DNA of 64,000 nt from Mytilus edulis (taxonomy: Eukaryota), in contig NC_092351.1 of the NCBI RefSeq assembly GCF_963676685.1, positions 31,000,001 to 31,064,000 on the forward strand. Reading direction: 5' to 3'. This document shows, piece by piece, positions 11,335 through 24,721 of this stretch. Both the position numbers and the translations under genes were made by a program. Every line of letters begins with the position of its first letter. The stretch's first letter is position 1. The notes beneath the pieces were generated by a model. That model worked only from the letters and a program-made list of their open reading frames with translations. It did not search any database and had not been told where the DNA came from.

Positions 11335-13647
11335 CTAACCAACAATTTGCCCAGTGCCAATATTTGACGGACGAAGCTCGACAACAACTGGATGTGCAGA
11401 CATTTTTATATCCAAGACGGTTCCGTTGACAGATACATTCGTCTTATTAATTGCGGGAAACTGACCTGTAAATTTATGTACCGAAACGTGATCGATGGCA
11501 CTACCTAGCTGTACACGAATCGTTGAGATAGACACTTCAGAAATATCTACAGGTTTCCATGCTACAATGTGTGAGGCATGCTGGAGGAGTTGTTGTCGTG
11601 ACATAGACGACCCTGTCACGTGAGCTTGAGATGACCCGAATAAATAAACATAACCATTGTCATTTTCTTGGTAAATTCCTAAGAAGTATTTGTCACCAAT
11701 AAGATTAAGTATTCCTTCAAAAGCATAAAATACATTTTTCTTCACAAAGTTATGCGTTGTGGAAGCAGTTAAGCCACTTCGACAGAACAATGTATGACAA
11801 TACTGCGAATTTGCATAGAAAAACCATGTGACTTTTTGGACGTTAGATCTCGCGAGAATTAGAAGTCCTCTTATACCGTACAATGCTTGCGCTGCTTCCG
11901 ATACACACTCAGGAAATGTGCAGCTTTCTCCTTTACCATCGGCATCCCATCCCCATTCAGTCACCCATATCGGCTTTGATGGCATATTACTATCTCTCCA
12001 TCGAACTATGTTTCTTATGCTGTTAAATGAAGAATCTGGGTGTTCTGGATAAGTTCCTATGCGAACTCCGTTACTGTTTGTTCTGAAGCTATAGGTGTGA
12101 AAATTAACCACACTAATGTTCACAGCAAGATTCTGTGTAACGCGAGTGCCAATGTAGTTTCCAGTATCATGCTTATCGTGAGCCTGGAAAGCGCCAGGAA
12201 GAATTTTGATTTTCGGATCGATTTCTTTTAGACCTGCACTCATACCTTTTAAAATCTTATTGTAAAAACTCGCCTCATAATCCCAAGGTTCGTTACCGAT
12301 TTCAACTGCGTCAACCAGGCCATTACCATGAGCTGCACCAAAATGGCGAGCAAAATGTTTCCCTAAATTGAACGCTTCTATTTCGGGGCTTTGCCAAACT
12401 TTCTGAGGAAAAGACTTATTCGTAAACTGAAATGAAACATCGATCACAAGGTTTGCTTTTCGCCATGCGGAATATTCAGTATCCCAATTAAGCCAACTTT
12501 TAGCCTGGGTACCATGGTTATTTTCCATTTCGCAATACTGAGGGTCTTTACTTGGACTTGTAACGTCCCAGTCTAAGTTATGATAATTTCTTGCATGTGA
12601 AGCAACGGCATTGTATAAATTTGGACCTTCATTGCTGTTCAACAAACTACTGTATTTACTGTGTTGCCACCCCCATATACCATTGACTCCAAGTATATTC
12701 CTTATTGTGTTTTTCTGTGTATTAGCAATAACTGGTTTGCCCCATAACGTTAAATGATCCCATGCGTCAATCTCCCAACAATAAACTTTTTCATAGTTCT
12801 TTTGGAACAGTTGATACTCTAGTTGGATGTATCGAACGGTCCTCGCTGGACTTAAGTCTGTGTTGACGGCATGCAGTGCATTTGGAATTAATGACACGTT
12901 ATGAGTAAAGGCAATGTTGTCAGCCGAAAATAGCATCGTTAGAACAGTTGCGGAATTAGACCCGGCCCAATGTCTTGTCCGAACCATTCCGACTTCTCTT
13001 AGCGTTCCCAAATCCACGGTTATACGTTCCCTGCAGCCCTTTGAGCCAATTGAGGCGATTTCTTTTAGCTGAAAGTTGCTATTTGATTCCAATAATATTT
13101 CTTTTACGTTGTCGAGAACCTTCGTGATTGTGATTTGTTTATAATTGTCAGCATGCTGCAAAGATTTCAAAACTTCTGTTGTTGCATTCCAGTAAGTAAC
13201 ACGTAGCTCTGTTTCAGTTTTATAGATACCCCATACCGATAATAAATGTAGATCTATTGGAGTTAGGAAATGTATCATCATTTTGGCTTTTTGTTGACCT
13301 GTTGTGTTAGTGTTTACATTTACATTTGACAATGTATAGAAATTTCCATCCGTCAACTTTACCAGGTCATTTGCAGGTCCACATTCAGCACTACAATGGC
13401 CATTGCTACAGGCATTTAGTAGGATGTTTTCGTCAGCACGTGGTACATACCCTGATGGAAGACATGATCCAGAAGTCCAATGTGTGTTGTCATCATTGTC
13501 TATTATATTTGCAGCATGGTTTGCACCAGATGTAGCCTTTACAGACACTCCCGGCATTTTGGTCCAAGATGGAACATACCCAGCATCAGGATCCCAAGAG
13601 TAAACCGACAGTATAAACACAAGAAGAAGCAGGCACTCTTTCTCCAT
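11335..13647 (-). CDS. Secreted 770-aa protein: F5/8-type C (discoidin/CBM32-like) domains plus a clan GH-A-like glycoside hydrolase domain
   Basis: Single long ORF. The true start is probably the ATG at 13647 (MEKECLLLLVFILSVYS, a signal peptide), just inside a splice acceptor (tttcag, exon starting 13659). Discoidin motifs: AANIIDNDDNTHWTS, ITVDLG, RYIQL, WEIDAW. Putative acid/base motif EIGNEP and nucleophile motif PIWVTEWGW. AATAAA on the minus strand near 11256-11261. Confidence 0.85.
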   Translation of the reverse strand: MEKECLLLLVFILSVYSWDPDAGYVPSWTKMPGVSVKATSGANHAANIIDNDDNTHWTSGSCLPSGYVPRADENILLNACSNGHCSAECGPANDLVKLTDGNFYTLSNVNVNTNTTGQQKAKMMIHFLTPIDLHLLSVWGIYKTETELRVTYWNATTEVLKSLQHADNYKQITITKVLDNVKEILLESNSNFQLKEIASIGSKGCRERITVDLGTLREVGMVRTRHWAGSNSATVLTMLFSADNIAFTHNVSLIPNALHAVNTDLSPARTVRYIQLEYQLFQKNYEKVYCWEIDAWDHLTLWGKPVIANTQKNTIRNILGVNGIWGWQHSKYSSLLNSNEGPNLYNAVASHARNYHNLDWDVTSPSKDPQYCEMENNHGTQAKSWLNWDTEYSAWRKANLVIDVSFQFTNKSFPQKVWQSPEIEAFNLGKHFARHFGAAHGNGLVDAVEIGNEPWDYEASFYNKILKGMSAGLKEIDPKIKILPGAFQAHDKHDTGNYIGTRVTQNLAVNISVVNFHTYSFRTNSNGVRIGTYPEHPDSSFNSIRNIVRWRDSNMPSKPIWVTEWGWDADGKGESCTFPECVSEAAQALYGIRGLLILARSNVQKVTWFFYANSQYCHTLFCRSGLTASTTHNFVKKNVFYAFEGILNLIGDKYFLGIYQENDNGYVYLFGSSQAHVTGSSMSRQQLLQHASHIVAWKPVDISEVSISTIRVQLGSAIDHVSVHKFTGQFPAINKTNVSVNGTVLDIKMSAHPVVVELRPSNIGTGQIVG

Positions 13648-15967
13648 CTCTGTTTTCACCTGAAACAATTAATTATTCTGGATGAGTATTTAAATCACAA
13701 CAACTACTAACGAGAGTTTGAGAGTAAATATAAATGAGACAGTATCTAATATGAAAATATACAGAAAATATACAGAAAATATACATCTGGCTGTTTATCA
13801 TTATTGTCTCGTTCAAAATACATACATGCATGTATTATAAGATTGTCACAGTGGAAAAATGGACAAAAATTGATTTGAGACTTTTCGGACATTTTGTAAA
13901 AGATTTTGTAAAATCACTGTTTTGTTATATTTGCAATATTTCACTAAGGGATTTTGTTATTTTTATTGTGCAAGCTTAAGATTTAAGTCAAGTTTAGAAA
14001 ATTAAGCTAATCTAATTTCATGTTTTAATTTTTTTTTCAATTAGCGACATTTTACTTCAAAATGATATATGAAAACCAAACATTTAATTCCATCAATAAG
14101 TCTGAATGTTCTTTTGTTAATTATTTTCTATGTGTTACTTTTTCTGTAATCCCTTAATTGAATTTTCTTACTCATTTAGAGAAATATTTGTCAAGTCTAT
14201 TCAAGTAGTTTTTGGTCTGTTATATAAACTATGTTGTTATTTTAATGTGGCAGATTGGATTTATTATTACACTGAGCAGTTCCAACTCTGTACAATTGTA
14301 TTCCATGCTGAACTTATTAAATTATACATCGCGCTAACCAGAGTCGTCTTTTGTTACAAGAGCTAGTCCCAGAGTTAGAGTCCGTGCAGACTTGTCATAC
14401 TGTTTATTGTGTGTGTGTGGTTCCAGGCCAACACATTTCCCAGTCACAGATACACCCAGTTTCTGTTTGTGACAAGATCATGCGCTTAGATAAAACCAAG
14501 AAGAAACAAATCAAATGTATCAAAATGATTAAAGCAGTAACCAATGTCTTACGCTAAAGTTAAACAATTAACCTCGTGTTTAAAATTATGAATATTATTC
14601 AATATAATCTTATGATAGATATTCACCAACTTACTTCAATCTTATCTCGTACACTGTATAAATTATGACAATATATGTGTCTGATAATTACAAGTTAGTA
14701 CATACTTCGAGACTTAAACACGAGGAGTTATTTCTAACCGGAATTACGACGGAAAGAAAAGGAAACTAACTACAATAAAATGTTGTTTAATGACAAATGT
14801 ATTCGTCAATCTGTTTAGGATGGTATCATATTGAGGAAACAATTTGATATGATACTTCTAGACATTAAACACGTTTCAGGATAGGGGTCAATTGTATTTA
14901 TCGTGCCACAGTTCCTTATAAATGGCAATTGGAAAGCACTTTGAACAATTATATTTCATATAGTGTTTAGAAATAACTCTTTGTTATTTAAAACATAAAA
15001 CTAGCAGTCAATTTTGTCAAAATAACTTTTAAATTTGTGTTAATGGCTATGCCTGTTGCCCAATCCAATTCAAATTATTTGAATAAAATAATTACTAAAC
15101 TAACACACACAAACACATGTCTATTATATAGTATTTATCAAAGTTACACCCATCATGTTCTTATTGTATGTTTATCTGTAAGAATTTATTTTGATTGTCT
15201 TATTAAGAATACGTACGAAAAGTAGAAATATCAAGCTAGAATATTACACAGAAGGGGCGATGTTGGATATGCAGGACATATAATTATGGGCCAAGAACAT
15301 CAAGCAGAACATATAGAAATGAGACTATTTTGGTGGGGGAAATAATGAATAAATAAATGAAAGCTCAAAATGGCATAAGCTTTAAGAAGACAGATATAAA
15401 GACCCTCTATCCAATATCTCAGATTATCTTCAATGTATATAAAATGGCTTATTCTTTTAAAGATATGATGTCATGTAATAATGTTATTCTTATTTCAGAA
15501 CATACAAATATTCTTATCTGGTCATATAGACACAAAAACACTGGAAATGGAAATTGAAAAATATAAACTTTCAGAATGTCGATGATTCTTATCAGCTGAT
15601 CGTTTGAGAATATATATACTTCGTCAACTTTTAAGTTCATGATTCATCTTCAATAACAAAAACTTAGAAAATCGGTAACCAACGAATGATAATGAATCCA
15701 CAGTATATAAATTTAAAATGCAGATGAAAATATAATGTATATTCCCATTTATTTAAAACGAGCACTCCACATCTTATTTTGAATGCAAACTATTTAAATG
15801 TATTAATCTATACAATGTAATAAAATATGTTTACATTTGTTCAGTATAATTGAATGTATAGAATAGAAAGTACCGAAAACCTTTCACAAAGAAAATATTT
15901 ATAGCAAGCGTAAAGAAGGAAGTTTATATACCAAAAAGTTAAAATGAGCCATACCAGCACTCTTTTG

Positions 15968-18900
15968 ATGGCACATACAGCAGTCGTTTGCCTGACAGTA
16001 TTCACAGTCATTATACAAAAAAGAGGTACATTTATAACTTCATAAAGCAACATTTTCTTAAAAAACTCATGGCTTAAGCTACACTCTCCTAAAAAAACAC
16101 ACACAAAAACAATACCACGAAACGATATATTTTTTTTTCAAAGTAAAGAATTATCATATCTCATGACTACACATCAATACAAATTGAGAATCGAAATTGC
16201 GAATAAGACTACAACCCCGACCAAAGACGGAAAAAAGAGTCCAAGTTCTAAAACGGATACCAGGAACAAACATAGGGAGAACATCCCACACCCTGCGGCG
16301 AGCGTCAGCTGGCCCCTAAACAAACATATGTACTAGTTCAGTTAAAATGCACGTCACACTAAACTTCGAAAGATATATACATGAACTAAAATGAAGAAAA
16401 TCATTCAATACTAACTCCTTTATGCCTCTATGTAATGAAGAACACAACATTACGCACAGTGAAATTCAATTTAAAAGAAGTCTGAGTCCGATGTCAGAAA
16501 AGAATACAGAAGAGAATAAGCAAAATGACAATAATACATAAATTGACAACAGACGACAAGCAGTTACTGACATGCCAGCTAATTTGTTTAATTCTCAATC
16601 TTTTGATGTCATTTTATTTTTGATCAATTGTTTTACCGTTTTAATCCCTAACAAGGGTTTTAAATTATGTGTTGATGTAAACTATCATTGATATAGTCAT
16701 GATTATAAATTTATCACAGGAATAAATAACCTTAGCTGAATTTGGCATCACATTTCGGAATTTTGGATGCTCAATTCACGGTAAATTCGTACTTTATTTG
16801 GCCGTTTCAACTTTTTTGATTCGAGCGTCATCGATAAGACGCATGTAGACGAAGATCAGTCTTGACTACACACTTTTAATAACTTTTTATAAACTGATTA
16901 ATTTCTTTTATAGATAATGTCAATGCTGCAATTCAACTGACAGCAACTCCTTACCTACAGACATTTGTATCACATGACACGTACAATGGAACAACTTATT
17001 ATCCGGAAGGGTAAGATAGACGGATGGATGTGCTTACCAAATCCCCTTAAAAGAAAAAAAAAGAAAACTTTTGAAGGCTTTGCACATATTAAATAAAATC
17101 AGCGATAGTAACACTTTAAGACGATATACTCAATAATCAATACTGTCCAAAAATAAATGTTACAAATTCTTTTAAGGAAATGAAAACATGCATTCTTTAC
17201 TGTCTTGTAATGATGTCTATATAGAATTAGATCGTTTGGGTCTTTAGGTGAGATTTATCACATACATTTTCTGAAAAACAAATACTACTGCATGCTGCTA
17301 AAAAAAATAAGTCATATAATAATACATCTAGAAAATTTGTAAGTACCAATGAAATACAACACAAAGTCTGTGTACCACATTTACATTTCGACATATTTCT
17401 TTAAATGAATAACAAAGCTTTCACCCTTTTACTGTAATAAATCAATTCTTTATGGTAAGTAAAATCACTATAAAATTCCAAAATCTTATACCAACGTTGA
17501 AGTGCTGATTAAAACAAAATGGGGAACGTCGAATTAGGACAAGATCTGCTGTAAAACTTATTGTAATATCTTCGATCAGTTTAAACATGTTTATTGATAG
17601 TGGATTGGGAAACAAGTTATTGCAACTTATATTAATCCCTTTCCACTTTGCGGGTGCGATTGATCCGGGAAAATACTATACAAATCTGCGGGACATTCAT
17701 TATTTAGTTGCGTCGTCACGGCGATACGACTTATATATTTGCCAGTCATTATTAAATTACTATCAGAACAATGGGCATTATCTTCGATTTAGACATCAAA
17801 ATAAATAAATACGAAATGTTTTGTTTCAAGTTTAAATAAAACCGAAATTTAAAAAAAACTAATTTTTTCGTATAAATAGAACATGATCATATTCATATTA
17901 TCGTCGGTAGTCTTCGGAGGTCATCTCGATGGTGAATTAGATGGCGTTTCGAATAAGATACACACGAAATGCTGATATATATGTTTGAATCCATACATGG
18001 TTAATTATTTATTTTAGACTTATTGTAATTTGGATGTACATTTATGTATTTTATTAATCAAATACGAGAATTTGAGTTAAATCAGTGAACATGAATTTGA
18101 CATAATGCCCCTTTAAAAAAAATTGTGACAAATTATCGAGAACATTTTTCTCAAGAACTAAATTAAATGATTGGAAACTACAAACTGCGAGTTGTCACAT
18201 ATAAGTTCTTTTTCAATTAACTTATACATATACATTCTATCATCATGATATTTGTGTTATGATACCAAACGTGTGGCTTTATACTCTGATGAGGCGAAAT
18301 TCTTTTTTTTTTATCTTGTACTAATGGTCATCACAGAGACATGATTTTGATATAAACATTGTGTTCTGTATAATGCTGATACTCGATTTTGCAGATTATA
18401 AAAAAAATAATTAAAATAGTACAGTTACATTTAAAGTGATGATTATGTGTAAACGAATATATAAATATATTTTAAATATGAAAACGTAGAATTGCGATGA
18501 CAAAAACCATTTGTAGTTCCGAATTTATATATAATTACTCAAAAGGGTAAATCACATTTTAAATGGTAAATAGTAGACATAATTTGTTAAGTCCGAGTCT
18601 AGCTAGGTACATGCAATATTATTTTTTCGTTTCAGAAATTATTCACGAGAGTGGTTAATAACAGGACAAACTCTGAATTACACTATCACGATAGAATTTA
18701 TAGTATGTGTCCTAGAGGATGCCAAAGGACATTGTTTATTTGATGAAATCTTTGTTTATGATGGTATGTGATAATTTCCTTATTGACTAAACGGTCGTTT
18801 TTCCCCCCTAAGATTGTCTTGGATAATCAACACAATCTAATACATTGATCTATGCTTGTGCCACACATTTCGTATACATATTATTTAATAGATACAATTT

Positions 18901-21900
18901 AAATCTGCAGAGATAAAAACAAGAGTAATACCAACAAAAACCTGGATGATAATGCCTCCGTCTTTGCGATGAATGAAAAGATTTGTTTTTAATCAACACA
19001 TCTATTGAACAATCTAAGTTCTACCACAGAAATAGATTATCCTAGCTATACGAGGCTAAACCTTTCGCAATATTTGTTCCTCATTACTCCACAACTTCCT
19101 ACTTTATTTGGTTTGTTTTAAAAATTTTGTTTATTCGAGCATCCATGACAACAGTCCATTATTTTAATAATGGTTATCTTTTTTTCAAAACGCGAATATA
19201 TTACTATTTATATTGACCTTAAGCAGTCATGATGACTTGCAAGAAATCAATTTTATTTTTGTATTTAGACAATTCCTAAGGACCTGCATTTTGAAAATAC
19301 AACATATAACTTGAAACTCGATCGAAGGTTTCTCTTTCGTGTGTACATATTTAATTTATAAAAAGTTGCAATTTTTTTTAATCGTAGAATGATTTGTTCA
19401 AAGCAAATATTTCATAGAAATTTATACATGTTTTATGTTGTCTTGGTTTTTTTCATAAAGTTTCAAAACTTATTGATATACTTGTTCTTATAAAGAGTAA
19501 ATTCAACTGGTGAAATATGTATGGGAAATCTTATGAATGGCGATTTAAAAGGGCAATATTTGTGTATTTGGACCCTGTAGTTCGAATAAAATATGGTTCT
19601 TTAATATTATTTGCCCAAAAAGTCATAGAGTGTTATGTTTCAAAAGCAAAATTAAATAGCTTGCATGATTTAAAACTGTATTGAACCAAAGCTTCTCACC
19701 AAAAATTTCTTTTGTGAATATGATTATTTTGGTTTGGAACATCATTGACGAGAAACAAATTTCAAAATGAGTATTTGGCATAGCAACTGATCTGGTATCG
19801 TTTATTGATATGCAAGGTATTGCATGTGCTACTAAACATTAAAAAAGGATGGTGGGTAATATTGAACATCGGAAAATATCTGTTGCTTCTTATTGATAAA
19901 AAATATTCAGTCAAATTTACTTTGATTATCAAACTTTTTTTTAATCACAGATGTTTAAGTAATGCACAAGTCCTTGATAATTTATATGCGCTTAAGTTCA
20001 AATTTCTTGACGATGTGATTCATATCTTTATGTTCATATATATCGTAGAGAAGCATCTGTTGACCGTCCAATACAATTTTTCTTGTTTTATTTGACAGGT
20101 ACAAACGCAAGCGCAGCTCTACTTAAAAAGACTTGCTGTGGACATCTTGACACAGTCCCGTTCACAGTGCAGAGTACATACGGCGAAATGTATGTTTTTT
20201 TCGTAACTGACAACACAGTTGCAAGGGAAGGTTTTCGTATAAGTTATATACTGGAAGGCGCACCAAATACAACTGCACGTGTGACCACAAGTAAACATTA
20301 AATTTTCACATTTCAAACTTTTCATAGCTATTCAGACTCAATTTCGACACTTTTCTATAACTAAGTTATATATGAATCATGTGTTGATTTCAACGTAAGT
20401 TTGATAGTGTTAAATTATAAAAAGTAGATATTTGCTGAAGAAATATTCATATTCAACTTATGTAGGCAGGCTTATTTGTTTAACGCAAATAATTGTGTTA
20501 CATTTTTATTCTTATATCATTCGTCCTATAGTGTGCAAGATTAATTTTTTAGTACCTTCCAGGACAGCATTTGTATTTCCCAAAACAATGATACTTTTAA
20601 TGTAGAGAACAAACAAATATTAAGAAAGAATTCTTTTTGGAGTGTGTAAAACACATTCTGATGAAGGAATAAAAAATGGACTGTTTGAAGATTTAAAGTA
20701 AAAAAAATAAATTAGGAAACAGGTGTCGTGAAATTGATTGGTTGTTTTGATTGACATTATATAAAGACAACAGTAGTATACTGCTGTTCGAAATTCATAA
20801 ACCGATTGAGAAAAAAAACAAATCCGGGTTACAAACTAAAACTGGGGGAAATCAAATATAAGAGGAGAACTACGACACAACAGAAACATTACATTAAAAT
20901 GTAACATACACAGAAACGTACTATAATATAACAATGGCCATTTTCCTGACTTAGTACAGGACATTTTAATAAAAAAAAATGGAGGGTTGAACCTGGTTTT
21001 GTGGCATGCCAAACCTCCCGCTTTAATTGCAATGTTAAATTTAACATTAAAATGACAACATTACATGATAGGTCTCCAATAAAAATAAATGGGAAGACAT
21101 AAAAGACAGAGAAACAAACGAATAATAGCTAACAAAAGGTGCAAGATTTAAAATTTGATACGACAGACGCGCGTTTCGTCCCCACACGACTAACCAGTGA
21201 CGCTCTGATGAAAAAAGTTCGAAAGCCAAAAAAAAGTACAAAGTTGAGGAGCAATGAGGACAAAAAGTTCCAAAAGGTTGTGCCCAATACGGCTAGGGTT
21301 TTCTGCCTGGGATAAGATATATTTGTTAGGTAAAATTAAAGTTAATTTCAACAGGTAGTTGTCATACCTCTGGAAACCAATTATGCATTTTTCAATACTG
21401 AATTTTTTCGAACGAATAGCTGCTTTAAAAAAGGAAATAAGCTACACATTGATAACTATTTTTCAACGCTTAGATTTCTACATCAAGTCGATACTTTAAG
21501 TTTGACATTGCACAATGTCATATATTGATAACCGATTCTAAAGAATTATTGACTTACAGTACTAGTTATTTACAGCTTTGCACAAGCTCATTAATTTGTC
21601 GAGTGGGGTAACGACGTCTTTATCCATTCGATATGTACTAATTGATACTTTTAAATTTTCTAAGGTACATGATTTTTATTTGTTTAATTGACATTTATGA
21701 AAATGCAGAACATAATAACAGATCGAATCAGTAGGAAAGAGTTTCAATCATCAGGCCGACACGAAACACAAATACTAATACAGAAGACACAATACATAAA
21801 GACCCGATATAGGAGAACTCGCAGTCACTGAAAGCTAATAAAGCCAACTACAACATTACATTTCCCTGAATTGAAACCAACACAAACACATACCAAGTAA

Positions 21901-22545
21901 AAGTGTAAAAAAAATAATAGAATGAAAAAAGCAGGACCTTGTGCATTCATTTAAAAAAAACCCAGATATTGGCATACTATAATGCAGGACCATAAGTGAT
22001 CATCAATATTTTTGAATTTCATATTGAGTCATGGATTAATTTATTAAAAACAGCATCAATTCGTTCCTTCATGTGTCTTTATTTGGATGTTTGAATGACG
22101 TGGTGATGCGTACAAGTTTCGTAAATTATTAGAACCTTTAATTTATTAATTAAACACTTACAGTTTACAAAAGGTACTGAATGTAGTATGAATATGATTG
22201 AATATAACAGGATAAATCAACAATAATATCAGAAGCTATGACAAATATTAAATATATGTTGATGATAACGTGTAAAAGTGCATTTCTAACTTAACTACCA
22301 TTACTTATTGTACACGGCTTTCTGATGGAACGTAGCTTCATCTTACAAGATCTCATATTTTGTATTTTTCAGGCACAAACCACGATAGAGAAGACAGTAA
22401 TAAAATACCAATGTATTTAGGTGTTGGATGTGCCATACTTGTAGCTTTAATCATACTAATTATTTCTGCTGTCTGTTATTACAAAAGGAAGACAACCAGT
22501 GGTGACAATACTCAATGCTATGAAAATTATGAAATAAAAACCTAA
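15968..22545 (+). CDS. Single-CUB-domain type I transmembrane protein (about 215 aa)
   Basis: Exons 15968-16025 (MAHTAVVCLTVFTVIIQKR), 16914-17010 (..TFVSHDTYNGTTYYPEG), 18636-18763 (NYSREWLITG..CLFDEIFVYDG), 20099-20290 (..KTCCG..STYGEMYVFFVTDNTVAREGFRISY..) and 22373-22545 (TM segment LGVGCAILVALIILIISAVCYY, tail ..QCYENYEIKT*). Phases are consistent and the total is 648 nt. Confidence 0.85.
16700..16860 (+). repeat. Degenerate retrozyme-family fragment
   Basis: AGGAATAAATAACCTTAGCTG...TTCGAGCGTCA..GTAGACGAA is similar to the 39-40 kb units; the hammerhead core is decayed. Confidence 0.6.
21155..21316 (-). repeat. Retrozyme-family fragment with a decayed hammerhead
   Basis: CAGACGCGCGTTTCGTC..CCAGTGACGCTC..GTACAAAGTTGAGGAGCA. 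The minus-strand core reads CUGGUUA. Confidence 0.65.
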
Positions 22546-24721
22546 AAGACTCCAATCAACAAAATTCGGAAAAAAGTGATAAACTGACAACATTGAACTA
22601 GTTAATGCATGATTAGCCATCATAATTCGATTTAAATACAGTATAGGTTTGATATAAGATTTTTATATACATTAATTGAATGACAGGATAAGTGAGGTAT
22701 GCATCACTGAAATAGCAGTTATAAGACACAAATAAATAAAAGCACGTAGGGGTAAGCGAACAGTGCACGACTATAAATTTGTGTCAAACAGTTAATGACC
22801 TTTATTGCAAGCCATAAAACTATGGAATAAAATTAAAATGGGGTTTAAAATAACATAAAACCATAATAAGCCATTTTCGTATAGCTACGAATATTCTTGG
22901 ATGTGGTATACTATTCTAGTAATTATTGATGTGTTTCCTCAAACCTGTGTTTTCATTTTTCTATTATTACTGTGTAAGATAGATATTTGATAAAGGTTTT
23001 TAGTGAACGCTTTCAATTTAACGTGTCTAAATCCACTAAACAATAGGATGAGTGCAACTAGACTAGTTTTACAACACACCACATATAGATGAGCCTTTCC
23101 AATGTTTAAAACATTGTCATTGGTTTTCTTCGTTAACGTATTTACCTTTGACGAATTGCGTGTTGATGGCGGAATTTTATATTCAAAGCTATTGAGCTAC
23201 AAATGATTTAGATCGTTAAATATGGTGAATATACTTTTCTATGTTTGAGACTTCAAGTTGGCTTCTAAATATTTTGTTTTAAGAACCTTAAATTACACAT
23301 TAGTGACGTATGCCTACCAATCCAAATCGTTTATGTACAGTTATGAAAATGCTTTCATAAAAAATTGTTGTTAAAATGTTACTTATGTACTTATTAGTTC
23401 ACAATATTCAAGGGAAAGTAGGATAACAAAAATACGGAATTTCGTAGGTAAATTTAAAACACGGAGAGTCCAAACTCAAATGGCATAATAAAAAAACCCC
23501 AATCACATCAACCGAATAGATATCTACTGTCATTTTCCTGACTTGATTCATATTGTCCAGTGGTTGTGATTCTAAATTTTCACATAGTAGTAATATACAA
23601 AATGTTATTGTTCAAATGACAAGACACTGTTGTAAAAAGTGCTGCATTTCTGTTGTCATTGATATGATGGCAAACTATTTAAAACACTAATTATTTTGGA
23701 AGTCCAAGAAAGTCCTCACGACAGTGTAAATGATTCCCAATATTCACTTATTATTGTATGTGCGTTTTAAGAACAATTTTCAATCAGTAATTTATAAAAT
23801 TTGAATAAATGTTTTCTGTTACTGAAATCTCCTTTTGATAGTACACGTGAATGATTGTTCATTTACATGTATTGTATTAGCTTATAACACATTGACTAGA
23901 CACAAGTAAAACTCATTTTTGAAGTCATTTGCGTACACAGTACAATGATGTATATTCCACCACAATACTTGAGCGAACATGTTTTTGTTATACAAATATC
24001 AATGGCATTGAGAATACAACTAAAAAAAGAAGGGGAAAAAGGACATGGCTTATGAGGACGGTGGGCGGCGGTACATCGTTACGCAAATATGACGTTATAA
24101 AAAAACAAAATTCGGTTTTGCCTGGGGGAAATATATTTATTTGAATGTCAAAATAGTTTTCAATTTTTGGAGAAGCAATCATATTAAACAGCGATATATG
24201 GTATACTAATAATTCAAAAACTAATTTAAAGCACCTTAGTTTTGCATACAACACGCCTCTGCGCTAATCATTTTATATATAAATAAACCAAGAAAAAAGA
24301 TACAGCAAAAATACAACACTCCAAGACAAATTCAAAAAGAGAGAGTCCAGGAATACTGATGAAATCAATAGCTATCATTCGACGAAACAATTTAAAAAAC
24401 AACTGACATATTTTTAACTTGAATAGAAAAGTAACATTCAATTTTGTAGCAAAATCGAGCTTTACGCTGTTTTTATCTACAAGCAAATATATAATTTATT
24501 AAACTAGGGTTATGTAATTGATCAACATATTTTATTACCACGTCCTTCAACACTTTATAAATTATACGGAGAAAACAGATACTTGTTTCCATGTAAATAA
24601 TTCTACAAGTAGAAGAAAAACATTGCAAGACATATTCAGTTTATATTTGCTATTATGTTAAGTAGGCTCACATAACAAAAACTAGTTCCTGGTCTTAATC
24701 AAGATTTTACAAAATTTTATA

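Noticed and set aside
13648-13668. ORF-track N-terminus MFQVKTE of the glycosidase
   Set aside because: It begins at a non-ATG codon in the intron and crosses the splice acceptor. The ATG at 13647 gives the signal peptide.
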